A stretch of 64,000 nucleotides of DNA from NCBI GenBank assembly GCA_964016885.1, contig OZ024766.1:14012001-14076000 (forward strand), read 5' to 3'. The notes beneath the pieces were generated by a model, which was not told the DNA's origin, ran no database searches, and saw nothing but the letters and a program-made list of their open reading frames with translations. The position numbers were made by a program, and so were the translations under genes. Shown in pieces: positions 39,964 to 55,157 of the stretch. The DNA comes from Eledone cirrhosa. Lineage: Eukaryota. Numbering within the stretch: the stretch's first letter is position 1; every line of letters begins with the position of its first letter.

Positions 39964-40526
39964 TCCTTTAACCATCTTTTGATCTTATATTATATATACA
40001 TATATATATATTTATATTTATATTTCTGGCTATTTCTGGCTGTCGATGGTCCTATTCAGGCCACTGGGATGACGTTGTTCAACGAGTGTATTTTTAAAAA
40101 AATGCAACAAGTGGTTCAAATCATTCGCAGATTTGCATTTGCTGTGTAAACGCAGATGGTTATTTTTCTTCTCATTTGGTGAACATCCAAGAATTTAACT
40201 GCCGTGATTTACGGATTAATAGGTGAAATATATTTCTTACTTAAAGAAATATATACAAAGGAGATTAATCATTTTAAAAGGTATCTATATTTGAAGTTCT
40301 AGTCAAGCTTTAATTAGTTACCTACCTAGCTATGTGTGCCTACATTCTTTACAAATTATTCCCTGTGATTGTTTCATGTATTTATTATATATATATATAT
40401 ATATGTCAATCTATTTCTAGTTGATATGTAATGCTCGGATCTAATCTTTCAGCTTATTCTACGCATGGTGCATGTCTCTCAGACATGACAACCCTTAATT
40501 TTAATTTGGGATATATATATATATAC

Positions 40527-40562
<36 letters not shown>

Positions 40563-40701
40563 GTTTGTGTGTGTGTGTATATATATATATCTCAGAGTAC
40601 TCAATACTTAGGGTAGAAGAGTGGGTAATAGGAAAAGAGCCAGGAACCCAACAGCTGAGCTCTGGCCAGAGATCAGCAGTTGGGGTCCTGACTCTTTTCC
40701 T

Positions 40702-40738
<37 letters not shown>

Positions 40739-40877
40739 TAAATGGAAACTATATTTATAAAACCATATTTATTTTATTATACATATTTCAAGGCAACCAA
40801 GGCAATCTGTTGAGTGCTTTATATCAGTTATAAACATTTTTAAGCTTATTGAATCCCAACAAATTAAATATAACCTC

Positions 40878-40932
<55 letters not shown>

Positions 40933-43463
40933 CAACATTAGAATTACTACTACATTTTACTTTCTATCTCTCTGCCTCTTCCACTTTTAGTCTCCATTCT
41001 TCCCACTTTCTCTCTCTCCCTCTCTCTCTGTCTCTCTCACATCTCTTTCTCTCCCTCTATCTCCCTCTCTCGATATCCCTCTCTTTCTCTCTCTCTCTCT
41101 GTCTCTATCGCCCCCTCTCTCTCTATCTCTCCTCCTGTCTCTCCCATACACTTACCTAAGGTCATGTAATTTAACTGGGTGTGACTTTCTCTAAAAGTTA
41201 ATACAAAGACTTGCTTTCAACTGACAGAAACATAGCTACGATGTTGCACACTCATATCATGTGTCTGTATGGCTGACTGTCTGAACTTCATACAGAAATA
41301 AAAAACCCACACAACCAACATTCTGGGGTTGATAAAATATAATTGTTTCTAATTATATTGACTAATTATATTTACTAATAATATTGAGTAATAATATTGA
41401 CTAATTATATTGACTAATTATATTTACTAATAATATTGAGTAATAATATTGACTAATTATATTGACTAATTATATTGACTAATTATATTGAGTAATAATA
41501 TTGACTAATTATATTTACTAATTATATTGACTAATTATATTGACTAATTATATTGACTAATTATATTGACTTATTATATTGACTAATTATATTTACTAAT
41601 AGTATTGACTAATAATATTGACTAATTATATTGACTAATTATATTGACTAATTATATTGACTAATTATATTTACTAATTATATTTACTAATTATATTGAC
41701 TAATTATATTTACTAATAATAGTAACTAATTATATGAACTAATAATTGTTTCTACGTTAGGCACAAGGCCAGCAATTACCCAGTACATTACTGGTACTTT
41801 ATTTTATCGACCCCGTAAGGATGAAAGGCAAAGTTAACCTCATTAACTAATTATATTGACTAATTATATTAACTAATAATATTAACTAATATTATCACCT
41901 AATAATATTAACTAATAACATTCACTAATTATATTAACTAATAATATTAACTAATATTATCAACTAATAATATTCACTAATAATTTAAATAATTTTTACA
42001 TTAGGCACAAGGCCAGCAATTACCCCAGTGTATTACTGGTACTTTATTTTATCAACCCCGTAAGGATGAAAGGCAAAGTTAACCTCGGCGGGATTTGAAT
42101 TAGTTAATATTATTCGGTGGATTGTCAGTATCGGTGGAGCGTCGGACGCCATGCTTTGATGCATAGAGTTATATAATTAGTAAATATTATTAGTTAATAT
42201 TATTAGTTAATATAATTAGTTAATATTATTAGTTAATATAATTAGTTAATATAATTAGTTAATATTATTAGTAAATATTATTAGTTAATATTATTAGTTA
42301 ATATTATTTAGTTAATATTATTAGTTAATATTATTAGTCAATATAATTAGTTAATATTATTAGTTAATATAATTAGTTAATATTATTAGTTAATATTATT
42401 AGTCAATAATAATATTAATGGCAGTGGATTGGCAGTATCAGTGGAGGGTCGGACGCCATGCTTTGATGCATAGAGTTACGGCCCTTGCCATTCTGAGTTC
42501 AAATCCCACCGAGGTTAACTTTGCCTTTCATCCTTACGGGGTCGATAAAATAAAGTAGCAGTAATTCACTGGGGTAATTGCTGGCCTTGTGCCTAACGTA
42601 GAAACAATTATTAACTAATATTACTAACTAATAATATTGATTGTTGACTAGAAATTTAGAGATTATTTAATGGTTTCTGATTTAGATGCAAGGCCAACAC
42701 ATTTGGGGAAGGGGTGTTGATTGACCCCAGTGTGTTACTGGTACTTTATTTTATCAACCCAGTAAGGATGAAAGGCAAAGCTTACCTTGATGGGATTTGA
42801 ACTCAGAACGTAAAGGGCCGTAACTGGGTTCAAATCCTACTGAAGTTATAGCTCTGGCTTTCATCCTAACAGGGTTGATAAAGTAAAGTACCAGTAACGT
42901 ACTGGGGTTGATAAAGTAAAGTACCTGTAACGTTCTTGGGTTGATAAAGTAAGGTACCAGTAATGTACTGGGGTTGATAAAGTAAAGTACCAGTAATGTA
43001 CTGGGTTTGAAAAAGTAAAGTATCAGTAACGTACTGGGGTTGATAAGGTGAAGTACCAGTAACGTACTGGGGTTGATAAAATAAAGTAGCAGTAATGTAC
43101 GGGGGTTGATAAAGTAAAGTACCAGTAACGTACTGGGGTTGATAAAGTAAAGTACCAGTAATGTACGGGGGTTGATAAAGTAAAGTACCAGTAACGTACT
43201 GGGGTTGATAAAGTAAAGTACCAGTAATGTACGGGGGTTGATAAAGTAAAGTACCAGTAATATACTGGGGTTGATAAAGTAAAGTACCAGTAACGTACTG
43301 GGGTTGATAAAGTAAAGTACCAGTAAAGTACTGGGGTTGACAAAATAAAGTACCAGTAATGTACTGGGATTGATAAAATAAAGTACCAGTAATGTACTTG
43401 GGTTGATAAAATAAAGTACCTGGACTGGTGAGAGATAAAAGCTGAGATATGAAAATAACTAAC

Positions 43464-43601
43464 CTTTCTGACAACTGTTTCCTTCATAACCTGGAGCACA
43501 TCTACCCCTTGAACAGATCCCTAATTCCACATTACACCTGTTGTTATCTTCACAATGACACACCTGATCACAGTTGGCACCAAGTCTTCCACTACTGCAC
43601 A
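43464..43601 (-). CDS. EGF-like exon, copy 9
   Basis: Identical to copy 1. Confidence 0.88.
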
Positions 43602-45096
43602 CTGTAACAGGAAAACATTGGTGTAGATCAGGGATTGCCAACTTCTTTGCCTCCACGGGCCGGACGAACGCCATAAAAGAATAATTATGGAAAATTACAC
43701 AAGCTAAAATTTTTATCTCGAGTGTCGACTATACTATTCATTTCTCAAATCTTGAATTATATTCACAAATACCTCTGAATCCTGTGATTTCCCTCCTTGA
43801 AATGATGGAAAATGCACATAATTTTTATTTCAAAGTTGATGTTCCCACAACTGTAGCTTTTTTTCAAAGGCAACAATATGGTTATACATTTCATTTACGA
43901 GCTGAGTTTTACCTTGAAGTTGTAAATTTAAGTTATTTAACCCTTTAGCACTTACATTACTCTATATTTACTATTGTAATGTCACAGTAAACACTTTATC
44001 TTATATAGTTATCTCACATAATATTGAATCTATGAGATTTTGATAATATTTATTTTGAGAAGAATACCTTAACGTCAGTATGAGTGGCTAGTTACAGCCG
44101 GTTTGAACAGAAAAAAGTGAGAGATTTCTGGCCGGATATGGCCGGTTTAAATGCTAAAGGGTTAAACGAGTCACAATATCCTCAATAAATACCAAAGTTG
44201 TAACAGCAGGCCTTTTATTGTATTCGAAAGGAATAATACGTATTATTCTTTTATAATCTTTTATAATCTCTATAATTGTATTATTCTTTATCGAAAGGTT
44301 GTGAGTTCAATTCTCAGACCGGGTAATGTGTTGTTTCCTTGAGCAAGACACTTTATTTCAAATTGCTCCAGTTTACTCAGCTGTAGAAATGAGATGATAG
44401 GGACTGGAGTCCCTATCATTCCACTGTAAAGTGGTCGTAGAGGTGCCACGGCAAAAAATCACCCAGCACTCACTGTAAATGAGGTTGGTTTTAGGAAGGG
44501 CATCAAGCTGTAGAAATCAAGCCAGAATCAGTTCCTGTCCCACTCTTGCAAGCAGGGAAAAGGGGACGTAAAATGAAATGATTTCATAATTCAGGGGTTG
44601 ATAAAATATAGTACCAGTGATATCCTGGAGTAGATTTAATAGAATAGCTTAACACACACTCACATATATATATATATCTACTAACCAAAGTATCGCGTGA
44701 TCTGGTGCGTTATGGTCCACCTCGTTCCTTACCATACTTCCTACAACACACACACACATATATAGATATATACTTATAAATATATACAGAATAAGGAGCA
44801 GGTATTACAATAACCTGGGGTTCAAGGGCCCTCACCTCTTCAACAAGCTGCCAAGGAATTTGAGAGATCTGCATGGTGTGGACGTGGATGTTTTCAAGGA
44901 ACATCTCGACACCCTGTTACCAGGATCCTGGATGAGCCCACAGCATGGTTCGAAGGTAACCTAAGGGCAGCAACAACGAACCCCCTCTTTGCCGAATGGC
45001 CAACCAACACAGGTTGGAGAAAGAATGTGTAACAAGGGCATGCCCCAGCATGGCCTCAACTGGATCGCTGGAACACGTTAAAAGAGTAAAAGAGAA

Positions 45097-45127
<31 letters not shown>

Positions 45128-45426
45128 TTATATTTATATTTCTGGCTATTTCTGGCTGTCGATGGTCCTATTCAGGCCACTGGGATGACGTTGTTCAACG
45201 AGTGTATTTTAAAAAAAATGCAACAAGTGGTTCAAATCATTCGCAGGTTTGCATTTGCTGTGTAAACGCAGATGGTTATTTTTCTTCTCATTTGGTGAAC
45301 ATCCAAAAATTTAACTGCTGTGATTTACGGATTAATAGGTGAAATATATTTCTTACTTAAAGAGCCAGGAACCCAACAGCTGAGCTCTGGCCAGAGATCA
45401 GCAGTTGGGGTCCTGACTCTTTTCCT

Positions 45427-45507
<81 letters not shown>

Positions 45508-45594
45508 ACAAAGGAAATGTGGTAAGGAACCAGGTGGACCATAACGCACCAAAGTACTCAATACTTGAGGTAGTAGAGTGGGTAATAGGAACCT

Positions 45595-45630
<36 letters not shown>

Positions 45631-48224
45631 TATATTAATAAATGGAAACTATATTTATAAAGCCATATTTATTTTATTATACATATTTCAAGGGCAACCA
45701 AGGCAATCTGTTGAGTGCTTTATATCAGTTATAAAAATGTTTAAGCTTATTGAATCCCAACAAATTAAATATAACCTCTGCATATATATATATTTATATA
45801 TATATATATAAATATATATAATACAACATTAGAATTACTACTACATTTTACTTTCTATCTCTGTCTCTCACATCTCTTTCTCTCCCTCTATCTCCCTCTC
45901 TCGATATCCCTCTCTTTCTCTCACCCCCCCTCTCTCTCTCTATCTCTCTCTATCTCTCCTCCTGTCTCTCCCATACACTTACCTAAGGTCATGTAATTTA
46001 ACTGGGTGTGACTTTCTCTAAAAGTTAATACAAAGACTTGCTTTCAACTGACAGAAACATAGCTACGATGTTGCACACTCATATCATGTGTCTGTATGGC
46101 TGACTGCCTGAACTTCATACAGAAATAAAAAACCCACACAACCAACATTCTGGGGTTGATAAAATATAATTGTTTCTAATTATATTGACTAATTATATTT
46201 ACTAATAATATTGAGTAATAATATTGACTAATTATATTTACTAATAATATTGACTAATTATATTTACTAATAATATTGACTAATTATATTTACTAATAAT
46301 ATTGACTAATTATATTGACTAATTATATTGACTAATTATATTTACTAATAATAGTAACTAATTATATGAACTAATAATTGTTTCTACGTTAGGCACAAGG
46401 CCAGCAATAACCCAGTACATTACTGGTACTTTATTTTATCGACCCCGTAAGGATGAAAGGCAAACTTAACCTCATTAACTAATTATATTGACTAATTATA
46501 TTAACTAATAATATTAACTAATATTATCACCTAATAATATTAACTAATAACATTCACTAATTATATTAACTAATAATATTAACTAATAATATTAACTAAT
46601 AATATTCACTAATAATATTCACTAATAATTTAAATAATTTTTACATTAGGCACAAGGCCAGCAATTTTCCCAGTGTATTACTGGTACTTTATTTTATCAA
46701 CCCCGTAAGGATGAAAGGCAAAGTTAACCTCGGCGGGATTTCAATTAGTTAATATTATTCGGTGGATTGGCAGTATCGGTGGAGCGTCGGACGCCATGCT
46801 TTGATGCATAGAGTTATATAATTAGTAAATATTATTAGTTAATATTATTAGTTAATATTATTAGTTAATATAATTAGTTAATATTATTAGTTAATATTAT
46901 TAGTTAATATTATTAGTTAATATAATTAGTTAATATAATTAGTTAATATTATTAGTTAATATTATTAGTTAATATTATTAGTTAATATAATTAGCTAATA
47001 TTATTAGTTAATATTATTAGTTAATATAATTAGTTAATATTATTAGTTAATATTATTAGTTAATATTATTAGTTAATATAATTAGTTAATATTATTAGTT
47101 AATATTATTAGTTAATATTATTAGTTAATATTATTAGTTAATATAATTAGTTAATATTATTACTTAATATTATTAGTCAATATAATTAGTTAATATTATT
47201 AGTTAATATTATTAGTTAATATTATTAGTCAATAATAATATTAATGGCAGTGGATTGGCAGTATCAGTGGAGGGTCGGACGCCATGCTTTGATGCATAGA
47301 GTTACGGCCCTTGCCATTCTGAGTTCAAATCCCACCGAGGTTAACTTTGCCTTTCATCCTTACGGAGTCGATAAAATAAAGTAGCAGTAATTCACTGGGG
47401 TAATTGCTGGCCTTGTGCCTAACGTAGAAACAATTATTAACTAATATTACTAACTAATAATATTGATTGTTGACTAGAAATTTAGAGATTATTTTAATGG
47501 TTTCTGATTTAGATGCAAGGCCAACACATTTGGGGAAGGGGTGTTGATTGACCCCAGTGTGTTACTGGTACTTTATTTTATCAACCCAGTAAGGATGAAG
47601 GGCAAAGCTTACCTTGATGGGATTTGAACTCAGAACGTAAAGGGCCGTAACTGGGTTCAAATCCTACTCAAGTTATAGCTCTGGCTTTCATCCTAACAGG
47701 GTTGATAAAGTAAAGTACCAGTAACGTACTGGGGTTGATAAAGTAAAGTACCAGTAACGTACTGGGGTTGATAAAGTAAAGTACCAGTAATGTACTGGGG
47801 TTGATAAAATAAAGTACCAGTAACGTACTGGGGTTGATAAAGTAAAGTACCAGTAATATACTGGGGTTGATAAAGTAAAGTACCAGTAACGTACTGGGGT
47901 TGATAAAATAAAGTACCAGTAACGTACTGGAGTTGATAAAGTAAAGTACCAGTAATGTACGGGGGTTGATAAAGTAAAGTACCAGTAACGTACTGGGGTT
48001 GATAAAGTAAAGTACCAGTAATGTACTGGGGTTGATAAAGTAAAGTACCGGTAATGTACTGCGGTTGATAAAGTAAAGTACCAGTAACGTACTGGGGTTG
48101 ATAAAATAAAGTACCAGTAACGTACTGGGGTTGATAAAGTAAACTACCAGTAATGTACTGGGGTTGATAAAATAAAGTACCTTGACTGGTGAGAGATAAA
48201 AGCTGAGATATGAAAATAACTAAC

Positions 48225-48362
48225 CTTTCTCACAACTGTTTCCTTCATAACCTGGAGCACATCTACCCCTTGAACAGATCCCTAATTCCACATTACACCT
48301 GTTGTTATCTTCACAATGACACACCTGATCACAGTTGGCACCAAGTCTTCCACTACTGCACA
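48225..48362 (-). CDS. EGF-like exon, copy 10 (Q>E variant)
   Basis: Change at 48231, same as copy 2. Confidence 0.88.
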
Positions 48363-49852
48363 CTGTAACAGGAAAACATTGGTGTAGATCAGGGATTGGC
48401 AACTTCTTTGCCTCCACGGGCCGGACGAACGCCATAAAAGAATAATTATGGAAAATTACACAAGCTAAAATTTTTATCTCGAGTGTCGACTATACTATTC
48501 ATTTCTCAAATCTTGAATTATATTCACAAATACCCCTGAATCCTGTGATTTCCCTCCTTGAAATGATGGAAAATGCACATAATTTTTATTTCAAAGTTGA
48601 TGTTCCCACAACTGTAGCTTTTTTTCAAAGGCAACAATATGGTTATACATTTCATTTACGAGCTGAGTTTTACCTTGAAGTTGTAAATTTAAGTTATTTA
48701 ACCCTTTAGCACTTACATTATTCTATATTTACTATTGTAGTTTCACAGTAAACACTTTATCTTATATAGTTATCTCACATAATATTGAATCTATGAGATT
48801 TTGATATTATTTATTTTGAGAAGAATACCTTAACGTCAGTATGAGTGGCTAGTTACAGCCGGTTTGAACAGAAAAAAGTGAGAGATTTCTGGCCGGATAT
48901 GGCCGGTTTAAATGCTAAAGGGTTAAACGAGTCACAATATCCTCAATAAATACCAAAGTTGTAACAGCAGGCCTTTTATTGTATTCGAAAGGAATAATAC
49001 GTATTATTCTTTTAAAATCTTTTATAATCTCTATAATTGTATTATTCTTTATCGAAAGGTTGTGAGTTCAATTCTCCGACCGGGTAATGTGTTGTTTCCT
49101 TGAGCAAACACTTTATTTCAAATTGCTCCAGTTTACTCAGCTGTAGAAATGAGATGATAGGGACTGGGGTCCCTATCATTCCACTGTAAAGTGGTCGTAG
49201 AGGTGCCACGGCAAAAAATCACCCAGCACTCACTGTAAATGAGGTTGGTTTTAGGAAGGGCATCAAGCTGTAGAAATCAAGCCAGAATCAGTTCCTGTCC
49301 CACTCTTGCAAGCAGGGAAAAGGGGACGTAAAATGAAATGATTTCATAATTCAGGGGTTGATAAAATATAGTACCAGTGATATCCTGGAGTAGATTTAAT
49401 AGAATAGCTTAACACACACTCACATATATATATATATCTACTAACCAAAGTATCGCGTGATCTGGTGCGTTATGGTCCACCTCGTTCCTTACCATACTTC
49501 CTACCACACACACACATATATAGATATATACTTATAAATATATACAGAATAAGGAGCAGGTATTACAATAACCTGGGGTTCAAGGGCCCTCACCTCTTCA
49601 ACAAGCTGCCAAGGAATTTGAGAGATCTGCATGGTGTGGACGTGGATGTTTTCAAGGAACATCTCGACACCCTGTTACCAGGATCCTGGATGAGCCCACA
49701 GCATGGTTCGAAGGTAACCTAAGGGCAGCAACAACGAACCCCCTCTTTGCCGAATGGCCAACCAACACAGGTTGGAGAAAGAATGTGTAACAAGGGCATG
49801 CCCCAGCATGGCCTCAACTGGATCGCTGGAACACGTTAAAAGAGTAAAAGAG

Positions 49853-49883
<31 letters not shown>

Positions 49884-50179
49884 TTATATTTATATTTCTG
49901 GCTATTTCTGGCTGTCGATGGTCCTATTCAGGCCACTGGGATGACGTTCAACGAGTGTATTTTTAAAAAAATGCAACACGTGGTTCAAATCATTCGCAGA
50001 TTTGCATTTGCTGTGTAAACGCAGATGGTTATTTTTCTTCTCATTTGGTGAACATCCAAGAATTTAACTGCTGTGATTTACGGATTAATAGGTGAAATAT
50101 ATTTCTTACTTAAAGAGCCAGGAACCCAACGGCTGAGCTCCGGCCAGAGATCAGCAGTTGGGGTCCTGACTCTTTTCCT

Positions 50180-50221
<42 letters not shown>

Positions 50222-50369
50222 TATATTAATAAATGGAAACTATATTTATAAAACCATATTTATTTTATTATACATATTTCAAGGGCAACCAAGGCAAACT
50301 GTTGAGTGCTTTATATCAGTTATAAAAATGTTTAAGCTTATTGAATACCAACAAATTAAATATAACCTC

Positions 50370-50414
<45 letters not shown>

Positions 50415-52815
50415 ATAAATATATATAATACAACATTAGAATTACTACTACATTTTACTTTCTATCTCTGTCTCTCACATCTCTTTCTCTCCCTCTATCT
50501 CCCTCTCTCGATATCCCTCTCTTTCTCTCACCCCCCTCTCTCTCTCTATCTCTCTCTATCTCTCCTCCTGTCTCTCCCATACACTTACCTAAGGTCATGT
50601 AATTTAACTGGGTGTGACTTTCTCAAAAGTTAATACAAAGACTTGCTTTCAACTGACAGAAACATAGCTACAATGTTGCACACTCATATCATGTGTCTGT
50701 ATGGCTGACTGCCTGAACTTCATACAGAAATAAAAAACCCCACACAACCAACATTCTGGGGTTGATAAAATATAATTGTTTCTAATTATATTGACTAATT
50801 ATATTTACGAATAATATTGACTAATAATATTGACTAATTATATTGACTAATTATATTTACTAATAATATTGACTAATAATATTGACTAATTATATTGACT
50901 AATTATATTGACTAATTATATTTACTAATTATATTTACTAATAATATTGACTAATAATATTGACTAATTATATTTACTAATAATATTGACTAATAATATT
51001 GACTTATTATATTGACTAATTATATTGACTAATTATATTGACTAATTATATTGACTAATTATATTTACTAATAATATTGACTAATTATATTTACTAATAA
51101 TATTGACTAATTATATTGACTAATTATATTGACTAATTATATTGACTAATTATATTTACTAATAATATTGACTAATAATATTGACTAATTATATTGACTA
51201 ATTATATTGACTAATTATATTTACTAATAATATTGACTAATAATATTGACTAATTATATTGACGAATTATATTGACTAATTATATTTACTAATTATATTG
51301 ACTAATTATATTGACTAATAATATTAACTAATAATATTAACTAAATAATATTAACTATCAAGGGCGGTGGATTGGCAGTATCGGTATAAGGTCGGACGCC
51401 GTGCTTTCCAGCATAGTTACGTCCCTTTACGATCTGAGTTCAAATCCCGCCGAGGTAGACTTTGCCTTTCATCCTTACGGGGTCGATAAAATAAAGTACC
51501 AGTTATGCACTGGGTAATTGCTGGCCTTGTGCCTAAAGTAGAAACAATTATTAGTAAATATAATTAGTTAATATTATTAGTTAATATAATTAGTTAATAT
51601 TATTAGTTAATATTATTAGTCAATAATAATATTAATGGCAGTGGATTGGCAGTATCAGTGGAGGGTCGGACGCCATGCTTTGATGCATAGAGTTACGGCC
51701 CTTGCCATTCTGAGTTCAAATCCCACCGAGGTTAACTTTGCCTTTCATCCTTACGGGGTCGATAAAATAAAGTAGCAGTAATTCACTGGGGTAATTGCTG
51801 GCCTTGTGCCTAACGTAGAAACAATTATTAACTAATATTTCTAACTAATAATATTGATTGTTGACTAGAAATTTAGAGATTATTTTAATGGTTTCTGATT
51901 TAGATGCAAGGCCAACACATTTGGGGAAGGGGTGTTGATTGACCCCAGTGTGTTACTGGTACTTTATTTTATCAACCCAGTAAGGATGAAAGGCAAAGCT
52001 TACCTTGATGGGATTTGAACTCAGAACGTAAAGGGCCGTAACTGGGTTCAAATCCTACTGAAGTTATAGCTCTGGCTTTCATCCTAACAGGGTTGATAAA
52101 GTAAAGTACCAGTAACGTACTGGGGTTGATAAAGTAAAGTACCTGTAACGTTCTTGGGTTGATAAAGTAAGGTACCAGTAATGTACTGGGGTTGATAAAG
52201 TAAAGTACCAGTAATGTACTGGGTTTGATAAAGTAAAGTACCAGTAACGTACTGGGGTTGATAAAGTAAAGTACCAGTAATGTACGGGGGGTTGATAAAG
52301 TAAGGTACCAGTAATGTACTGGGGTTGATAAAGTAAAGTACCAGTAATGTACTGGGGTTGATAAGGTAAAGTACCTGTAACGTTCTTGGGTTGATAAAGT
52401 AAGGTACCAGTAATGTACTGGGGTTGATAAAGTAAAGTACCAGTAATGTACTGGGTTTGATAAAGTAAAGTATCAGTAACGTACTGGGGTTGATAAAGTA
52501 AAGTACCAGTAACGTACTGGGGTTGATAAAGTAAAGAACCAGTAATGTACGGGGGGTTGATAAAGTAAAGTACCAGTAACGTACTGGGGTTGATAAAGTA
52601 AAGTACCAGTAATGTACTGGGGTTGATAAAGTAAAGTACCAGTAACGTACTGGTGTTGATAAAGTAAAGTACCAGTAAAGTACTGGGGTTGACAAAATAA
52701 AGTACCAGTAATGTACTGGGATTGATAAAATAAAGTACCAGTAATGTACTGGGGTTGATAAAATAAAGTACCTGGAATGGTGAGAGATAAAAGCTGAGAT
52801 ATGAAAATAACTAAC

Positions 52816-52953
52816 CTTTCTGACAACTGTTTCCTTCATAACCTGGAGCACATCTACCCCTTGAACAGATCCCTAATTCCACATTACACCTGTTGTTATC
52901 TTCACAATGACACACCTGATCACAGTTGGCACCAAGTCTTCCACTACTGCACA
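52816..52953 (-). CDS. EGF-like exon, copy 11
   Basis: Identical to copy 1. Confidence 0.88.
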
Positions 52954-54659
52954 CTGTAACAGGAAAACATTGGTGTAGATCAGGGATTGCCAACTTCTTT
53001 GCCTCCATGGGCCGGACGAACGCCATAAAAGAATAATTATGGAAAATTACACAAGCTAAAATTTAATCACGAGTGTTGACTATACTATTCATTTCTCAAA
53101 TCTTGAATTATATTCACAAATACCTCAGAATCCTGTGATTTCCCTCCTTGAAATGATGGAAAATGCACATAATTTTTATTTCAAAGTTGATGTTCCCACA
53201 ACTGTAGCTTTTTTTCAAATGTATATGGTTATACATTTCATTTACGAGCTGAGTTTTACCTTGAAGTTGTAAATTTAAGTTATTTAACCCTTTAGCACTT
53301 ACATTACTCTATATTTACTATTGTAATGTCACAGTAAACACTTTATCTTATATAGTTATCTCACATAATATTGAATCTATGAGATTTTGATATTATTTAT
53401 TTTGAGAAGAATACCTTAACGTCAGTATGAGTGGCTAGTTACAGCCGGTTTGAACAGAAAAAAGTGAGAGATTTCTGGCCGGATATGGCCGGTTTAAATG
53501 CTAAAGGGTTAAACGATTCACAATATCCTCAATAAATACCAAAGTTGTAACAGCAGGCCTTTTATTGTATTCGAAAGGAATAATACGTATTATTCTTTTA
53601 TAATCTTTTATAATCTCTATAATTGTATTATTCTTTATCGAAAGGTTGTGAGTTCAATTCTCCGACCGGGTAATGTGTTGTTTCCTTGAGCAAGACACTT
53701 TATTTCAAATTGCTCCAGTTTACTCAGCTGTAGAAATGAGATGATAGGGACTGGGGTCCCTATCATTCCACTGTAAAGTGGTCCTAGAGGTGCCACGGCA
53801 AAAAATCACCCAGCACTCACTGTAAATGAGGTTGGTTTTAGGAAGGGCATCAAGCTGTAGAAATCAAGCCAGAATCAGTTCCTGTCCCACTCTTGCAAGC
53901 AGGGAAAAGGGGACGTAAAATGAAATGATTTCATAATTCAGGGGTTGATAAAATATAGTACCAGTGATATCCTGGGGTAGATTTAATAGAATAGCTTAAC
54001 TCGCACTCACATATATATATATCTACTAACCAAAGTATCGCGTGATCTGGTGCGTTATGGTCCACCTCGTTCCTTACCATACTTCCTACCACACACACAC
54101 ACACACACATATATAGATATATACTTATAAATATATACAGAATAAGGAGCAGGTATTACAATAACCTGGGGTTCAAGGGCCCTCACCTCTTCAACAAGCT
54201 GCCAAGGAATTTGAGAGATCTGCATGGTGTGGACGTGGATGTTTTCAAGGAACATCTCGACACCCTGTTACCAGGATCCTGGATGAGCCCACAGCATGGT
54301 TCGAAGGTAACCTAAGGGCAGCAACAACGAACCCCCTCTTTGCCGAATGGCCAACCAACACAGGTTGGAGAAAGAATGTGTAACAAGAGCATGCCCCAGC
54401 ATGGCCTCAACTGGATCGCTGGAACACGTTAAAAGAGAAAAAGAGAATATATATATATATATATACATATAATGTAGGAGGTGAGTTTTATTGTGGTACA
54501 ATAAAGCAATGCAGATATCGGATAAGAAGCACTCTACAGTTTGTAGGACTGGAGTATACATAATATAAGATCAAAAGATGGTTAAAGGAGTTCCATGTAT
54601 TTTATTATGCGCATTTAAAACTGCACTATCCACAAGTGTTTTTTTAGCCTTCATATCAT

Positions 54660-54745
54660 GTTCTCCTGTTTTATCTGATGAAAACACAAATATTATTGCA
54701 TGATGATGTTTGTTTTTGAAATGCGCATAATAAAATACATGGAAC
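54660..54745 (+). ncRNA. Type I minimal hammerhead ribozyme motif
   Basis: Same sequence as 14515-14600. Confidence 0.75.
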
Positions 54746-55092
54746 TCCTTTAACCATCTTTTGATCTTATATTATATTTACATATATATATATTTATATT
54801 TATATTTCTGGCTATTTCTGGCTGTCGATGGTCCTATTCAGGCCACTGGGATGACGTTGTTCAACGAGTGTATTTTTAAAAAAATGCAACAAGTGGTTCA
54901 AATCATTCGCAGATTTGCATTTGCTGTGTAAACGCAGATGGTTATTTTTCTTCTCATTTGGTGAACATCCAAGAATTTAACTGCTGTGATTTACGGATTA
55001 ATAGGTGAAATATATTTCTTACTTAAAGAGCCAGGAACCCAACGGCTGAGCTCCGGCCAGAGATCAGCAGTTGGGGTCCTGACTCTTTTTCT

Positions 55093-55157
<65 letters not shown>

